DNA from: Candidatus Uhrbacteria bacterium
GTDB taxonomy: Bacteria; Patescibacteriota; Patescibacteriia; JACPHY01
Reading direction: 5' to 3'
Length of the DNA stretch: 64,000 bases
NCBI GenBank assembly: GCA_016188355.1
Contig: JACPHY010000016.1
Location: 2,345-66,344 of the forward strand
Shown one piece after another: positions 29,096 through 39,375 of the stretch. A program made the translations under genes and the position numbers. The notes beneath the pieces were generated by a model that worked only from the letters and a program-made list of their open reading frames with translations, did not search any database and had not been told where the DNA came from. How positions within the stretch are numbered: the stretch's first letter is position 1; every line of letters begins with the position of its first letter.

Positions 29096-30990
29096 TGGAC
29101 GTGTTCATCGATGGAAAGAAGTTTCGTGTTTCGCCGAAGCAGGCGATTGGAAAGGGCGGAGAGGCGGACGTCTACAATCTCGGTGATGGGCGGGCGCTGA
29201 AGATCTTCAAGCCGCCGACGCATCCCGATTATGCGGACATACCGGATCGCGGAGAGCGCGAACGGGAAATGTGTGGCGCGCGAGATCGGATCGCGCTCCA
29301 TCAGGAGAAGCTCCCCGCGTTTCCCAGAGACCTCCCGGATCACGTCGTGGTGCCCGCGGATCTGGCCATGGATGCAGGAGGATCATCAATCGTTGGGTAC
29401 GCGATGCCGCTCCTCACCGGTGCGGAAACGTTCTGGAAATACGGGCATCGCGGAGAGCGACCGGCGGGTATCACGAACGAGCACGTGCAGAGCATCCTTC
29501 GGAATCTCCATCGGACCGTGCAGGGATGCCATGCGAAGCAGGTGGTCATTGGCGACTTCAACGACCTCAATGTGTTGGTGGTCGGGGAGGAGCCCTACCT
29601 CATCGATGTGGACAGCTTCCAGTTCGGGAAGTATCTCTGCCGGGCATTCACGGTGCGCTTTGTGGATCCGCTCCGGTGTGATCCGCATGCATCGAGTTTG
29701 CTCCTGGCGCAGCCGCACACTCCCGATTCGGACTGGTACGCGTTCACTGTGATGCTCATGCGGAGCCTGCTCTTCGTGGAGCCGTACGGTGGGGTGTTCA
29801 AACCGAAGGATCGCACGAAGTTGGTGCCTCATGATGCGCGGCCTCAGCATCGTATTACGATCTTCCATCCCGAGGTGATTTGTCCCAAGGTGGCCATTCC
29901 GTATGGAAGACTTCCAGACGATCTCCTCCATCACCTGCAGCAGGTGTTCGAGAAGGATCTCCGTGGGGTGTTCCCGATGCAGCTGCTCGAGAGCATGCGT
30001 TGGACGACCTGCGCGCAGTGCCAGACGGAGCATGCGCGAGCGCTTTGTCCGAATTGCCAGCATGCGGCTCCGGCGGCGATTCGGGAGGTGACCGTGATTC
30101 GTGGCCAGGTGACCGCGACGCGGATTTTCCGCACGCATGGTCGAATCTGTCAGGCGGCGATGCAGGATGGTGCGTTGTGTTGGTTGTATCATGAGGACCA
30201 CGCATTTCGTCGGGAAGATGGCGCGTTGGTGATTTCCGGCGGCATGGATCCCAAGTTTCGCTACCGTCTCCAGGGTCGCGCGACGCTCATCGCCCGCGAT
30301 GATCAGCTCGCGACGATTTCGCCGCATGCGGGAACGCAACGACGGACCGTCGAACAATTCCAGGGTCGATTGCCCGTCTATGATACGAACGCGCGCCACG
30401 CCTACTGGCTGGAGGGTGGCACGATCTATCGGGACGGCGATCTCGCTCAGGAACGTATCGGCGATGTGTTGGCGGGACAGACGTTGTTTTGGGTGGGGCC
30501 GGCATTCGGGTTCGGGTTCTATCGAGCCGGCGAGCTCAATGTGGCGTTCGTCTTTGATGCAGAGCGTCGCGGTATCAATGATGCGGTATCATTGCCACGT
30601 TTCCACGGTCAGATCCTCGATGTCGCGACGACGTTCTCCAATGAGCGCTGCTGGTTCTTCGTTGCATACGAACACGGAGGGAAGACGGTGCATCGGTGCA
30701 CGGTGATCCGTCCGGATGGCGGCATCGAAGCAACCATGGAGGCGACGGCTGGGGAACCGGCGTGGTCGTGGCTCGGAACGATCCGTGGTCACGCGGCAAC
30801 GGGAAAGTTCCTCCTCGCGGCAACGGATGACGGTATCGTCCGCGTCGAAGTGCATCAGGGGCAGCTTGCGGCGACGAAGTCCTTTCCGGATACGGAGCCG
30901 TTTGTGGGGGCCGGTGACTTGCTCTTCGCGGGAAAAGACGGTCTCTACGTCGTGAGTCGCAGCGAGATCACGCGTCTCCAGATTCGCTAA
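29095..30990 (+). CDS. YegI-like Ser/Thr kinase with Zn ribbon and beta-rich C-terminal domain
   Basis: IGKGGEADVY, ALKIF, IGDFNDLNVL, IDVDSF, SDWYAF; CAQC..CPNC; TGATG coupling to PP2C. Confidence 0.85.
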   Translation: MDVFIDGKKFRVSPKQAIGKGGEADVYNLGDGRALKIFKPPTHPDYADIPDRGEREREMCGARDRIALHQEKLPAFPRDLPDHVVVPADLAMDAGGSSIVGYAMPLLTGAETFWKYGHRGERPAGITNEHVQSILRNLHRTVQGCHAKQVVIGDFNDLNVLVVGEEPYLIDVDSFQFGKYLCRAFTVRFVDPLRCDPHASSLLLAQPHTPDSDWYAFTVMLMRSLLFVEPYGGVFKPKDRTKLVPHDARPQHRITIFHPEVICPKVAIPYGRLPDDLLHHLQQVFEKDLRGVFPMQLLESMRWTTCAQCQTEHARALCPNCQHAAPAAIREVTVIRGQVTATRIFRTHGRICQAAMQDGALCWLYHEDHAFRREDGALVISGGMDPKFRYRLQGRATLIARDDQLATISPHAGTQRRTVEQFQGRLPVYDTNARHAYWLEGGTIYRDGDLAQERIGDVLAGQTLFWVGPAFGFGFYRAGELNVAFVFDAERRGINDAVSLPRFHGQILDVATTFSNERCWFFVAYEHGGKTVHRCTVIRPDGGIEATMEATAGEPAWSWLGTIRGHAATGKFLLAATDDGIVRVEVHQGQLAATKSFPDTEPFVGAGDLLFAGKDGLYVVSRSEITRLQIR

Positions 30991-31079
30991 TTTGTGTAGA
31001 TGTTTGTGGGGAATTGCGGCAGCCCACAGCATCGGTATCTCCACTGCCGCAATTACGAGACAAGAAGAAGGAGTTCGCC

Positions 31080-32243
31080 ATGGGTAAGGCTCTTCCGTTC
31101 CCGAAATTCTACGATCCGCACAACGTCAGCGACTGGAATTACGCGCCGGATCTCCAGGAGGTGCTCCTGGAGGCGCAGGAATACGTACGGCGCAACGACA
31201 TCAAGCCGGCGTCCACCGCGAAGGTGCGGATCGGCGTTCTCGGCATCGACAACCAGAAGGACTTCTGCTATCCGCCGGACGCGCGGGTCGTCCGTGGCAA
31301 GCCGCGCGGCGGCACGCTCTACGTGGCGGGCCGGAGCGGCACTGGCGCGATCGATGACAGCCGGCGGTACACCGAGTTCCTCTACCGGAACGCGGCACAC
31401 ATCACGAACATCTGGGACACGATGGACACGCACTTCCTATATCAGTGCTTCTTCCCGACGTTCTGGCTCCTCGAGAACGGTCAGCATCCCAATCCCCATA
31501 CGCTGATCGACCTCAATGCGCACGAGCAGCTCGTGAACCTCGATCTCGCGGGCAAGGAGATCGGCGCGGTGCGGGTGAATCCCGCCATCATGTCGTGGCT
31601 CCTCCCCGGGGTGTCGCCGAGCGCGGCGTTCACCTGGGCGACGAAGCAGATGGAATTCTATGCGCGTCAGCTGAAGCTGCCGAAGGGGCAGTACTCGAAG
31701 ACCCCGTACACGCTGTATCTTTGGCCGTTCCACTGCATCCTCGGCGGTGACGGGCACGCGCTCGTGGGGAGCATCCAGGAGGCACGGATGTTCGTCGCGG
31801 CGGCGCGCGGCATCCAGTCGTATCGCGAGGTGAAGGGAGGGAACGAGTGGTCCGAGAACTACGGCATCATCAGTGCCGAAGTACTCGAACGCCATGACGG
31901 CAAGGGGCAGATCGCGCAGAAGAACGTCGCGTTCCTGAAGAAGCTCCTCGAGCATGACATCATCATCATCGGCGGTCAGGCGGCGAGCCACTGCGTGAAG
32001 AGCTCGATCGAGCAGATCCTCGACGGTATCGTCGCGCAGGATCCGAAGCTCGCGAAGAAGGTGTACATCCTCGAGGACTGCATGTCCGCAGTCACCGTGC
32101 CCGACGGGAAGGGCGGATTCGCGGCGGACTTCACGCCGCAGGCGGAAGCGGCGATCCTCGAGTTCAAGAAGGCGGGCATGCACGTCGTCCAGTCGACGGA
32201 TTCCATCGAGAGCTGGCCGGGCGTCGGATCGCTCGCGGCCTAA
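31080..32243 (+). CDS. Nicotinamidase/isochorismatase-family cysteine hydrolase (long PncA-like)
   Basis: IDNQKDF (Asp), MDTH, LWPFHC, EVKGG (Lys), AASHCV (Cys), LEDCMS; AAGGAG RBS. Confidence 0.8.
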   Translation: MGKALPFPKFYDPHNVSDWNYAPDLQEVLLEAQEYVRRNDIKPASTAKVRIGVLGIDNQKDFCYPPDARVVRGKPRGGTLYVAGRSGTGAIDDSRRYTEFLYRNAAHITNIWDTMDTHFLYQCFFPTFWLLENGQHPNPHTLIDLNAHEQLVNLDLAGKEIGAVRVNPAIMSWLLPGVSPSAAFTWATKQMEFYARQLKLPKGQYSKTPYTLYLWPFHCILGGDGHALVGSIQEARMFVAAARGIQSYREVKGGNEWSENYGIISAEVLERHDGKGQIAQKNVAFLKKLLEHDIIIIGGQAASHCVKSSIEQILDGIVAQDPKLAKKVYILEDCMSAVTVPDGKGGFAADFTPQAEAAILEFKKAGMHVVQSTDSIESWPGVGSLAA

Positions 32244-32326
32244 TCCACTTCGGAGGGGTCGCCGGTGGTGCTTTCGGGTGCCATTGGCGATCCTTTCGAA
32301 CCACCAAAACCAAAGGAGTATCTACC

Positions 32327-33127
32327 GTGGCGAATACGGGTTCTTCCCAGAACGTCAGTCAGCTCTTCCAGGCCGCGCAGCAGGAGGGCGACCTCTCGGC
32401 GCAGTCCGCGGCGATTCTGCTCGCGCCGGATATGGGTCTCCAGATTCAGGCCGGGCTCGGCGCGCAGATCGATGATGTCCAGGCGAGCGAGGTGTTTCTC
32501 GTGGCGCTGATGCCGGATGACTCTGGGTCGATCGCGTCTGCGAACAATGAGCAGACCGTTCGTGACGGACACAACCTCGTGATCGAGGCCCTGCGGGATT
32601 CGAAGCAGGGCGATGGCATCCGGGCGCACTGCCGATATCTGAACGGCAAAGTGCTCTACGCGTTCGGGTCGCTCGACGCGGCCGTGAAGATGGATGGTCG
32701 AAACTACCGCGCGGACCAGGGGACGCCGCTCTACGATCAGACGGTGGTGCTCCTCGGGACGGTACTCGCGGAGGCGAAGGCGTTCGAGGATGCGGGCGTT
32801 CCGGCACGGACCGCGACCCTCATCATCACCGATGGCGCCGATCTCCACTCGAGGAGGAAGGCGAAGGATGTGAAGGCGATCGTCGACGATATGCTCCGCA
32901 AGGAAATGCATATCGTCGCGGCCATGGGCATCGATGACGGTGGCGGCACGGACTTCCGCAGGGTGTTCCGCGACATGGGCATCCGCGACGAGTGGATCCT
33001 CACGCCGGGCAACTCGGCGAGCGAGATTCGTCGGGCATTCTCGGTGTTCTCGCGGTCCGCGGTGCGTGCGTCGCAGTCCGCGGGCAGCTTCAGTCAGACG
33101 GCGGCCGGCGGTTTCGGCGCTCCGTAG
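32327..33127 (+). CDS. vWA domain protein (TerY/YegL-like)
   Basis: MIDAS DDSGS, GTPLYD, IITDGAD; AAGGAG RBS. Confidence 0.85.
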   Translation: MANTGSSQNVSQLFQAAQQEGDLSAQSAAILLAPDMGLQIQAGLGAQIDDVQASEVFLVALMPDDSGSIASANNEQTVRDGHNLVIEALRDSKQGDGIRAHCRYLNGKVLYAFGSLDAAVKMDGRNYRADQGTPLYDQTVVLLGTVLAEAKAFEDAGVPARTATLIITDGADLHSRRKAKDVKAIVDDMLRKEMHIVAAMGIDDGGGTDFRRVFRDMGIRDEWILTPGNSASEIRRAFSVFSRSAVRASQSAGSFSQTAAGGFGAP

Positions 33128-33184
33128 CTGATCATCGGTACGCAGTTCCTTCTGACCGGTCCCACCATGCGTGGGGCCGGTCGT

Positions 33185-33376
33185 TCTTTTCACAAGGGAC
33201 TTCGTCCTCGGTGCGACCCCTGCCTCGCCACGGCGCAGGAGCCGGGCAAAGCCCTTCTCCTCCTGCTTGGGCTCGGCATGCCCTCTTTTCACAAGGGACC
33301 TCGTCCTCGGTGCGACCCCTGCCTTGCCATGGCGCAGGAGCCGGGCAAAGCCCTTCTCCTCCTGCTTGGGCTCGGC
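33185..33376. repeat. Two 93-bp direct repeats (period 99 bp, 3 mismatches), structured/REP-like
   Basis: 33185-33277 and 33284-33376, separated by atgccc. Confidence 0.9.
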
Positions 33377-33391
33377 GGTGAAAAAAAGAAC

Positions 33392-33419
33392 ACCGGCTCT
33401 GGGGAAGCCCAGAGCCGGT
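33392..33419. terminator. Hairpin between convergent vWA genes (bidirectional terminator candidate)
   Basis: accggctctggg-gaag-cccagagccggt with an upstream A-run and downstream T-rich bases. Confidence 0.6.
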
Positions 33420-33446
33420 CTTATTCATCCGTCGTTCACTGAAGTC

Positions 33447-35012
33447 TCAGGTGTCGGTGCCGCGATTGCCGCCGCCGAGGAGTTTCCCGAGGCGCTCGAT
33501 CACACTCGGCCGGCGTCGCAGTTCGGCGGTATTGCTCACTCGGAGCCGATCGCCGTCGATGATGATGTGGTTCGGATCCACGCCCGCCTGCCGCACTGCC
33601 TCGAAGTCTTTTATTTTGAGATCTCCGAGGATCGTCATGTCATCGAATGCCTGCTGCTGCTGGGCGGACGGCATGCCGAGCGACGTGTAGTCGGACCGAC
33701 CGCCGCCATAGCCCGACATGTACGTCCGTCCTGCATCCCGGAGGTGTCCCGCCTGCTCCGCGAATCGCTGTCGGTCTCCGAGGTCACTGCCGATCCGTTC
33801 GAGTTCGGCAACTCGTTCCTTTGCTTCCGGGAGATCGATGCGCTTCAGCTCCTCTCGAATGGCGAGGATGCGCTGCGCTGCGTCCGTGAATCGACTATCC
33901 CGTGCGTACCGCCACGCATCCTGAATGGCGATGCCGGCCGCGATCTGGAGTCGATCGAGCTCGATCTGCGGATCCGGTCGTTGCTCGGCGTCACTGGGTG
34001 CCACGTATCGGAATCGCGCCTCGCTCGAGATGTCGAACGGCGTGCCGTCCACCCGTTGACCGGTCACTCGAACCGTCGCTGCGGACGTCGCACGCGGGAA
34101 GACTTTGTCGACGGACGGAATCTGGAGTTCCGCCGTCACGGATGCCGGCTTTCCGTCGTACAGGTTGCCGATGGCCAGCGTGACGTCGTTGCCGTTTTGT
34201 CCCGCTGCAATGATCGGCACGTTCTCCAGGACGACGACGTGGAACGGATCATGTGCGGTGATGCGGACGCGCACGTTCGTCGCGGTGAGACTGCGGAGGA
34301 ACCCGAGCTCCATCGCGAACGCGTGGATGAGCGCATCTGCTCCCTCTGCGTGGTACGAGACGCCGCCACTCAGCGTTGCGATTGCCTCGAGCAGTTCCGG
34401 GTCGTATCCATCGGCACCGGCCGCATGACCGACTGGACCGAATCCGAACGTCGCGATGGGCACATCACTCATCGCGGCTCGTCGGCGTTCCCGAATTGCC
34501 GCGCAGATGTTGTCGTGCCCCGTAATGCCGACGGTCGGCACGCCATCCGTGAAGAGGATGATGCGTTGCGTGCGGAGCTGGTCTTCGGGCTGTGTCTCCT
34601 CCGCGAGCATCGTGATCGCTTCGCCTACACCGTCGACGAGGTTCGTGCTCCCATGCGCACCGATGCGTCGGATGCTCTGCTCGAGCATGGCACGCTTCGT
34701 CCGCAGGGTACCGATCGGCGTGAGCACGTGCGCGCTGTCCGAGAATGCGACGAGCCCGACGCGATCGTGGTCATCGAGCTGGAGCAGGAATCGGAACATG
34801 GCCTCTCGCGCGGCGTCGCGTTTGGTGGGACTACCGTGGCGATGATCCGTGGCCTCGCACATGGAGGATGATGTATCCGCGACGAGGACGATGTCCTTCG
34901 GCATCGGCTGCATCGCATGCGGCATGGGTCCGGCGACGCGCACGACGAGGTGTGTGGGTTCCGGATGGCGATGGTTGATTTTCTGTCGGGTCAATCGGAC
35001 GCTGACGTCCAT
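33447..35012 (-). CDS. vWA domain protein (YfbK/Ca-activated chloride channel homolog-like)
   Basis: MIDAS DTSSSM, LVAFSD, GSTNL, LFTDG, TFGFG..YD.ELL; GAGGAG RBS before ATG at 35012. Confidence 0.85.
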   Translation of the reverse strand: MDVSVRLTRQKINHRHPEPTHLVVRVAGPMPHAMQPMPKDIVLVADTSSSMCEATDHRHGSPTKRDAAREAMFRFLLQLDDHDRVGLVAFSDSAHVLTPIGTLRTKRAMLEQSIRRIGAHGSTNLVDGVGEAITMLAEETQPEDQLRTQRIILFTDGVPTVGITGHDNICAAIRERRRAAMSDVPIATFGFGPVGHAAGADGYDPELLEAIATLSGGVSYHAEGADALIHAFAMELGFLRSLTATNVRVRITAHDPFHVVVLENVPIIAAGQNGNDVTLAIGNLYDGKPASVTAELQIPSVDKVFPRATSAATVRVTGQRVDGTPFDISSEARFRYVAPSDAEQRPDPQIELDRLQIAAGIAIQDAWRYARDSRFTDAAQRILAIREELKRIDLPEAKERVAELERIGSDLGDRQRFAEQAGHLRDAGRTYMSGYGGGRSDYTSLGMPSAQQQQAFDDMTILGDLKIKDFEAVRQAGVDPNHIIIDGDRLRVSNTAELRRRPSVIERLGKLLGGGNRGTDT

Positions 35013-35347
35013 GGCAATTCTCCTCTGCTGGTTGGGTTGCGGATAGTCGATGCGGAGTGAGGGATGTGTCACTCCCAAATCGACCGAGATCCCATCCCCA
35101 CACCCTCAGCCATACGCAGCGGCGGTCATCCCAATTCCGGAGATCCGGAAGCGGACGACCCAACGGTGTCGTACGGTGGAGCGATGTGCGTGAACTCCCC
35201 GATTGGGAAGGAGCACCAGGACGATACCATAGACGATCCGTCATGTCCAGGGCTTGACGCGGTGCGGAAGGATGGGTATACCAAGGCTGGGAGTCCTCCC
35301 AAGGAATTGCTGTCGGTGTCCCATACAGGGGCGCAGAGAGGAGCATC

Positions 35348-35833
35348 ATGCGATTCGTAGTGATGACCGGGAGCTTCTTGCCGACCATACTGGTAATCGT
35401 ATGTATCGGCGTGGTGCTGTTTCGCTGGTGGCGCGCGGCGCGTCATCGATTGCCGACGATCGATGGTCCGGCGGTGCGGGAGCGGCAGTCGGTGCCATGG
35501 CAGTGTGACGAGCAGCCATCCGCGCCAACGTTGGTAGTGGTAATCCCCGCGCCAGAGGCGCCTCGCACTGCGGAGCTATCTCTCGTTCCGGCGTTCCCGC
35601 CGCTCCTGTTGCCGATTCCCTCGCGAGCGCCGTCCATGCCACAGGGTCATGCGCTGCGACTCGCCGAACGGGCGATTGCGCGCGCGGATCGTCGCCGTCG
35701 TACTCGGGGTGATCTCCGGCTGGTGCGCCGAAGCCGGAATCGTCCTCGCCTGTTGCGTGAGCGCTATGCATCGGAAGTGCCCACGGAGGATTTGGTGCCG
35801 CTCGCGCCGCCTGCATGGGAGCAGGAGCGATGA
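35348..35833 (+). CDS. Hypothetical single-TM Pro/Arg-rich protein
   Basis: GAGGAG RBS, N-terminal TM. Confidence 0.45.
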   Translation: MRFVVMTGSFLPTILVIVCIGVVLFRWWRAARHRLPTIDGPAVRERQSVPWQCDEQPSAPTLVVVIPAPEAPRTAELSLVPAFPPLLLPIPSRAPSMPQGHALRLAERAIARADRRRRTRGDLRLVRRSRNRPRLLRERYASEVPTEDLVPLAPPAWEQER

Positions 35834-36070
35834 GGTATACGGGAGCCGCATGTTGCGGCTCCCGTTGTTCGTGGGTGAGCATTCGGCTCTCCTGGGCCAA
35901 TTCTGTGGTAGAGGTTGACAACTGAGCGGATTTGTGGTTGTCTGGGAGTGCATCAAAGGCGATGGGTCGGCGGAGCAGGTCCGTCGAGCCGCTCGTTCAT
36001 AATTGAGGTGGTTTTCCGTACAAAAACGATCCGCGCATGTGCGCGAGATCCGGGAAGGAAGGAGATCGTG

Positions 36071-38554
36071 ATGCAGAATCACCAAGGTGGGCGCGCGTAC
36101 CAACGCGTGCTGCTCATGATGCTCGGGCTCGCCGCGTTCCTCGCGGGGGTATCGACGCCGGCAATGGCGCAGGACTGCGATGCGGTGGTGGTGGACTCGG
36201 CGCGTTTGTTCGGTGGCGATACCGCGGCCGTGGAATCGGCTGCGCGTGCGTTGACGCAGCGCGGTGCGACCGTTCGCGTGCGCACGGTGCCGACGTTCGG
36301 CGGTGCCGGCAGTCTCGATCACTACGAGGCGGCCATCGAGCGGCAGTGCCCCTCGTGGCAAGCGCCTGGCGGAGGCACGCGGAATTCGCTTCTCGTGTTC
36401 ATGATCGCAGTCAAGGAGCGCGCGTCCGGCATGTACAGCGGCACGCAGTGGAAGCACATCGTTGGTCCGCACTGGGCGACGATTCAAGCGCAAGAAATGA
36501 ATCCGCGATTCCGCGATCGTGATTTCGCGGGTGGGTTTGCTGCCGGCATGCAGGCGGTCGATCGTCTCATCGGACAATCGCAAGTCGGAGTCGCGGCAGC
36601 GCCAACGACCAGCGCGCCGGTGCAGGTACATGTGCAAGTTCCGGCTGCTGCACCCGCGGGTCCGCCGCCCGATTACTCTGGGTTTGTTCGATTCCTCGGC
36701 TGGCTGCTCGCCATCGCGGTGCTCGGCGTCATCGTGTACGTCGTGCTCGCCGGGCGGGCGCGTCGCAAGCGAGAGGAGGAGGAGCGACAGACCGCCCAAT
36801 CTGCGGCGAGCCGCCAGAAGAAAGCGGTTGCCGCGCGGATCGGAGAGCTGACGGACAGCATGCCGCTCCTCAAGGCACGCGTCGGTGTCCTGGGTCAGAA
36901 GATCGATATCGAGCAAAAGGCCGCGTTCGATCGTCGATATCAGGAGGCGGATGTGTTGTTCGGAGGTGCGAGCACGGCGTTCGCCGATCTCTCGAGCAGC
37001 GCGGCGGATCCGGATCGTCCGGGACGGACGAAGCAGGAGTATGAGGACATCGCTCGGGAGTACCAGAGTGTCCTCAAGAAGCTCGATCAGGTCGCGGATG
37101 CGATGGCGAAGCTCAAGCAGGATTGCGAGCGTACCGATCGGGAGGCGAGTGAGCTGCCGCAGGCGATCGCGGTCGCGGAATCCGCCATCCAGGCGTATGC
37201 GGAGGCGGAGCGTACGCGATCCGGTGAGGGCTGGAAGACGGGCGCGGCGAGCGGGAAGGCGCAGGAAGCGGCCACGGAGTTTGCGAGGGCGAAGACCGAA
37301 CAGCAGGCGAAGCGTTTCGCGAAGGCGCTCGTCGCAGCGAAGGCGGCGACTGCAGCCGCGCGAGATGCGCAGCGGCTCGTGGACGAGCTACCGGCACGAC
37401 GCGAAACGCTCGCGGCGACGCTCACGAAGCTCGCGCAGCGGCTCACGGCGACCGAGGAGCGCGTCACGACCGACGCGAAGTCGGCGTTTGGGCGCATCCA
37501 GCAAGAGTTCGCGCGATCGTCCTGGCAGGATATCGCGGGGAACGGCAGTGAGGCCGAACGGCGCATCGATCAGGCGCTCGAAGCGCTCGAGGCGGGGAAC
37601 GCGGCGATCGCGCTCGAGGAGCAGCGGTGGTCGGATGCGGAAGCGCGCATCGCCGAGGCGCAGAAGCTCCTTGGCGAGGCGGACGGGCTGATCAAGTCCA
37701 TCACCGCGCTCGAGCAGCGTTTGCGTGAGGCCAAGGCGGCGGCACCCAATGAGATCAATGCGGCCGCGAAGGATCTCACGCGGGCGAAGGAGTATGAGCG
37801 GACGCACGATGACGACATCGACGATGCGATCAAGAAGGATATCCGCGTGGCGGATACGAAGCTCGCTGCGGCGCGTGAGGCACTCACGCTAGCGCAGCCG
37901 GACTATCTCGCCGTGGTCGACATGGCGCGTGCGGCGAACAACGCGGCGGATCAGATTCTTGCGTTCTGCCGGAACCAGCACGAAGCCGCCGAGCGGCAGC
38001 GCGCGAAGGCGGTGCAATCGGTTCGAGATGCAGAAGGCGCGATCGGGGATGCGCGACGGTACATCGACAACCATCGTTCGGATGTCGGTCGCTCCGCCCG
38101 TGATACGCTCCAGAATGCCGAGGTCGAGTACGAGCGTGCAAAAGTCGCGAGCGACCTCGCGTCCCGCATCCAGCATGCGGAACGCGCGGAGAGCGAGGCG
38201 AAGAGTGCGCTCACGCGCGCGAAGCGGGATTTTCGCGACGCTGAGGAGGAGCGCGAGCGAGCGGCAGAGCAGGTACGCGAGGCACAGCGTCGGGCGCAGC
38301 GTGCCGCTGAACGTGCCGCGGAAGATGCGGTGGATACGTTCGCGCGTGGTGCAGCGTGGGGAACGTATACGTCCCAACGTGCGCACCACTCCGCTCCGAC
38401 GCGCCGCGAGGACAGTGGTCCGTCGTTCCCGAGTTTCGGTGGCTCGTCGACCTTCGGAAACAGTGACAGCGACCGTTCCGGAGGTTCCTCGACCTGGGAG
38501 AGTTCCTCCCCGAGCAGTGACAGCGATCGTTCCGGAGGTTCCTCGACCTGGTAG
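36071..38554 (+). CDS. TPM-domain membrane protein with long cytoplasmic coiled coil and Gly/Ser-rich tail
   Basis: Signal peptide, VVDSARLF, LLVFMIAVKER, MNPRFRDRDFAGG (TPM), TM, ~550-aa helical region, repeated GGSSTW tail. Confidence 0.8.
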   Translation: MQNHQGGRAYQRVLLMMLGLAAFLAGVSTPAMAQDCDAVVVDSARLFGGDTAAVESAARALTQRGATVRVRTVPTFGGAGSLDHYEAAIERQCPSWQAPGGGTRNSLLVFMIAVKERASGMYSGTQWKHIVGPHWATIQAQEMNPRFRDRDFAGGFAAGMQAVDRLIGQSQVGVAAAPTTSAPVQVHVQVPAAAPAGPPPDYSGFVRFLGWLLAIAVLGVIVYVVLAGRARRKREEEERQTAQSAASRQKKAVAARIGELTDSMPLLKARVGVLGQKIDIEQKAAFDRRYQEADVLFGGASTAFADLSSSAADPDRPGRTKQEYEDIAREYQSVLKKLDQVADAMAKLKQDCERTDREASELPQAIAVAESAIQAYAEAERTRSGEGWKTGAASGKAQEAATEFARAKTEQQAKRFAKALVAAKAATAAARDAQRLVDELPARRETLAATLTKLAQRLTATEERVTTDAKSAFGRIQQEFARSSWQDIAGNGSEAERRIDQALEALEAGNAAIALEEQRWSDAEARIAEAQKLLGEADGLIKSITALEQRLREAKAAAPNEINAAAKDLTRAKEYERTHDDDIDDAIKKDIRVADTKLAAAREALTLAQPDYLAVVDMARAANNAADQILAFCRNQHEAAERQRAKAVQSVRDAEGAIGDARRYIDNHRSDVGRSARDTLQNAEVEYERAKVASDLASRIQHAERAESEAKSALTRAKRDFRDAEEERERAAEQVREAQRRAQRAAERAAEDAVDTFARGAAWGTYTSQRAHHSAPTRREDSGPSFPSFGGSSTFGNSDSDRSGGSSTWESSSPSSDSDRSGGSSTW
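38461..38551. repeat. 37-bp direct repeat (1 mismatch) encoding SDSDRSGGSSTW twice
   Basis: 38461-38497 and 38515-38551. Confidence 0.85.
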
Positions 38555-38629
38555 GGCGGGGGAGGGAGGACGCGGGGTCCTCACACCACAAGCAACATCG
38601 GCAAAGAAAGAAGAGAGAGGTAGTTACTC

Positions 38630-39352
38630 ATGGCAAGTTTCTTCGACAAGGTACGTACCGGAGTGCTCGCGATTGCACACCGAGCGGCCGACGCCGTCAT
38701 CGACCTCAATTCTGTCGAAGCGGTCAAGGTGCACATCCGCGACCTCGAGGAGGCGCAGGAAGACCTCCAGGGAGCTGCGGCGGAGGCGACGGGCGGCGTG
38801 CGGACGCTGCGCCGCGAGCGCGACACCACGCAGGCGAAGGTCACGGAGCTCGATGAAAGCATCGGCTTCATCCTCAGCGATGGCGACGACACGAACGACC
38901 ACCTCGCGGTCCCGCTCCAGGCGAGGCTCGACGGCCTCAAAGCCCAGCTCGCGGCCAAGGAAGACGAGATCGCGACCGCCGAGCAGGTCGCGCAGCAGAT
39001 GAACGAGGCGGCCTCGGCACTCCAGGCGAAGCTCACCTCCATGGTCGAGCGCGTGCGAGGTCTCGAGGCGCAGGAGCGAGCGGCGAAGGCGAAGGAGTCC
39101 GCGGCGAGCGCGGTCGCCCAGGCCGGAAAGATCGCAGCGGGCGCGGATGCGGTGTCGGTGGATGACATCTCGGCTCGGCTCCAGCGGCGAACCGATGTCG
39201 CGGACGAGAAGTTCAAGCGCGCCATGGGCGGCATCTCTGGGGGTCTCGAGCAGGACGTCGCGCTCGCGAAGGCGAAGGCGGCCATCGCGGCGCGCAAAGC
39301 GGCGCTCCAGAAGCCGAAGGAGGGCGACGCGCCGGCCGCCAAGGCGGGCTAG
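38630..39352 (+). CDS. PspA/IM30 (ESCRT-III-like) family protein
   Basis: Amphipathic N-terminus MASFFDKVR, HIRDLEE, continuous coiled coil of 240 aa; downstream of the TPM gene. Confidence 0.75.
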   Translation: MASFFDKVRTGVLAIAHRAADAVIDLNSVEAVKVHIRDLEEAQEDLQGAAAEATGGVRTLRRERDTTQAKVTELDESIGFILSDGDDTNDHLAVPLQARLDGLKAQLAAKEDEIATAEQVAQQMNEAASALQAKLTSMVERVRGLEAQERAAKAKESAASAVAQAGKIAAGADAVSVDDISARLQRRTDVADEKFKRAMGGISGGLEQDVALAKAKAAIAARKAALQKPKEGDAPAAKAG

Positions 39353-39375
39353 GCGCGCGGTAGGTGCGTATTCAG

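Noticed and set aside
33185-33376. CRISPR array
   Set aside because: Only two 93-bp units with a 6-bp spacer and no cas genes; geometry is incompatible.
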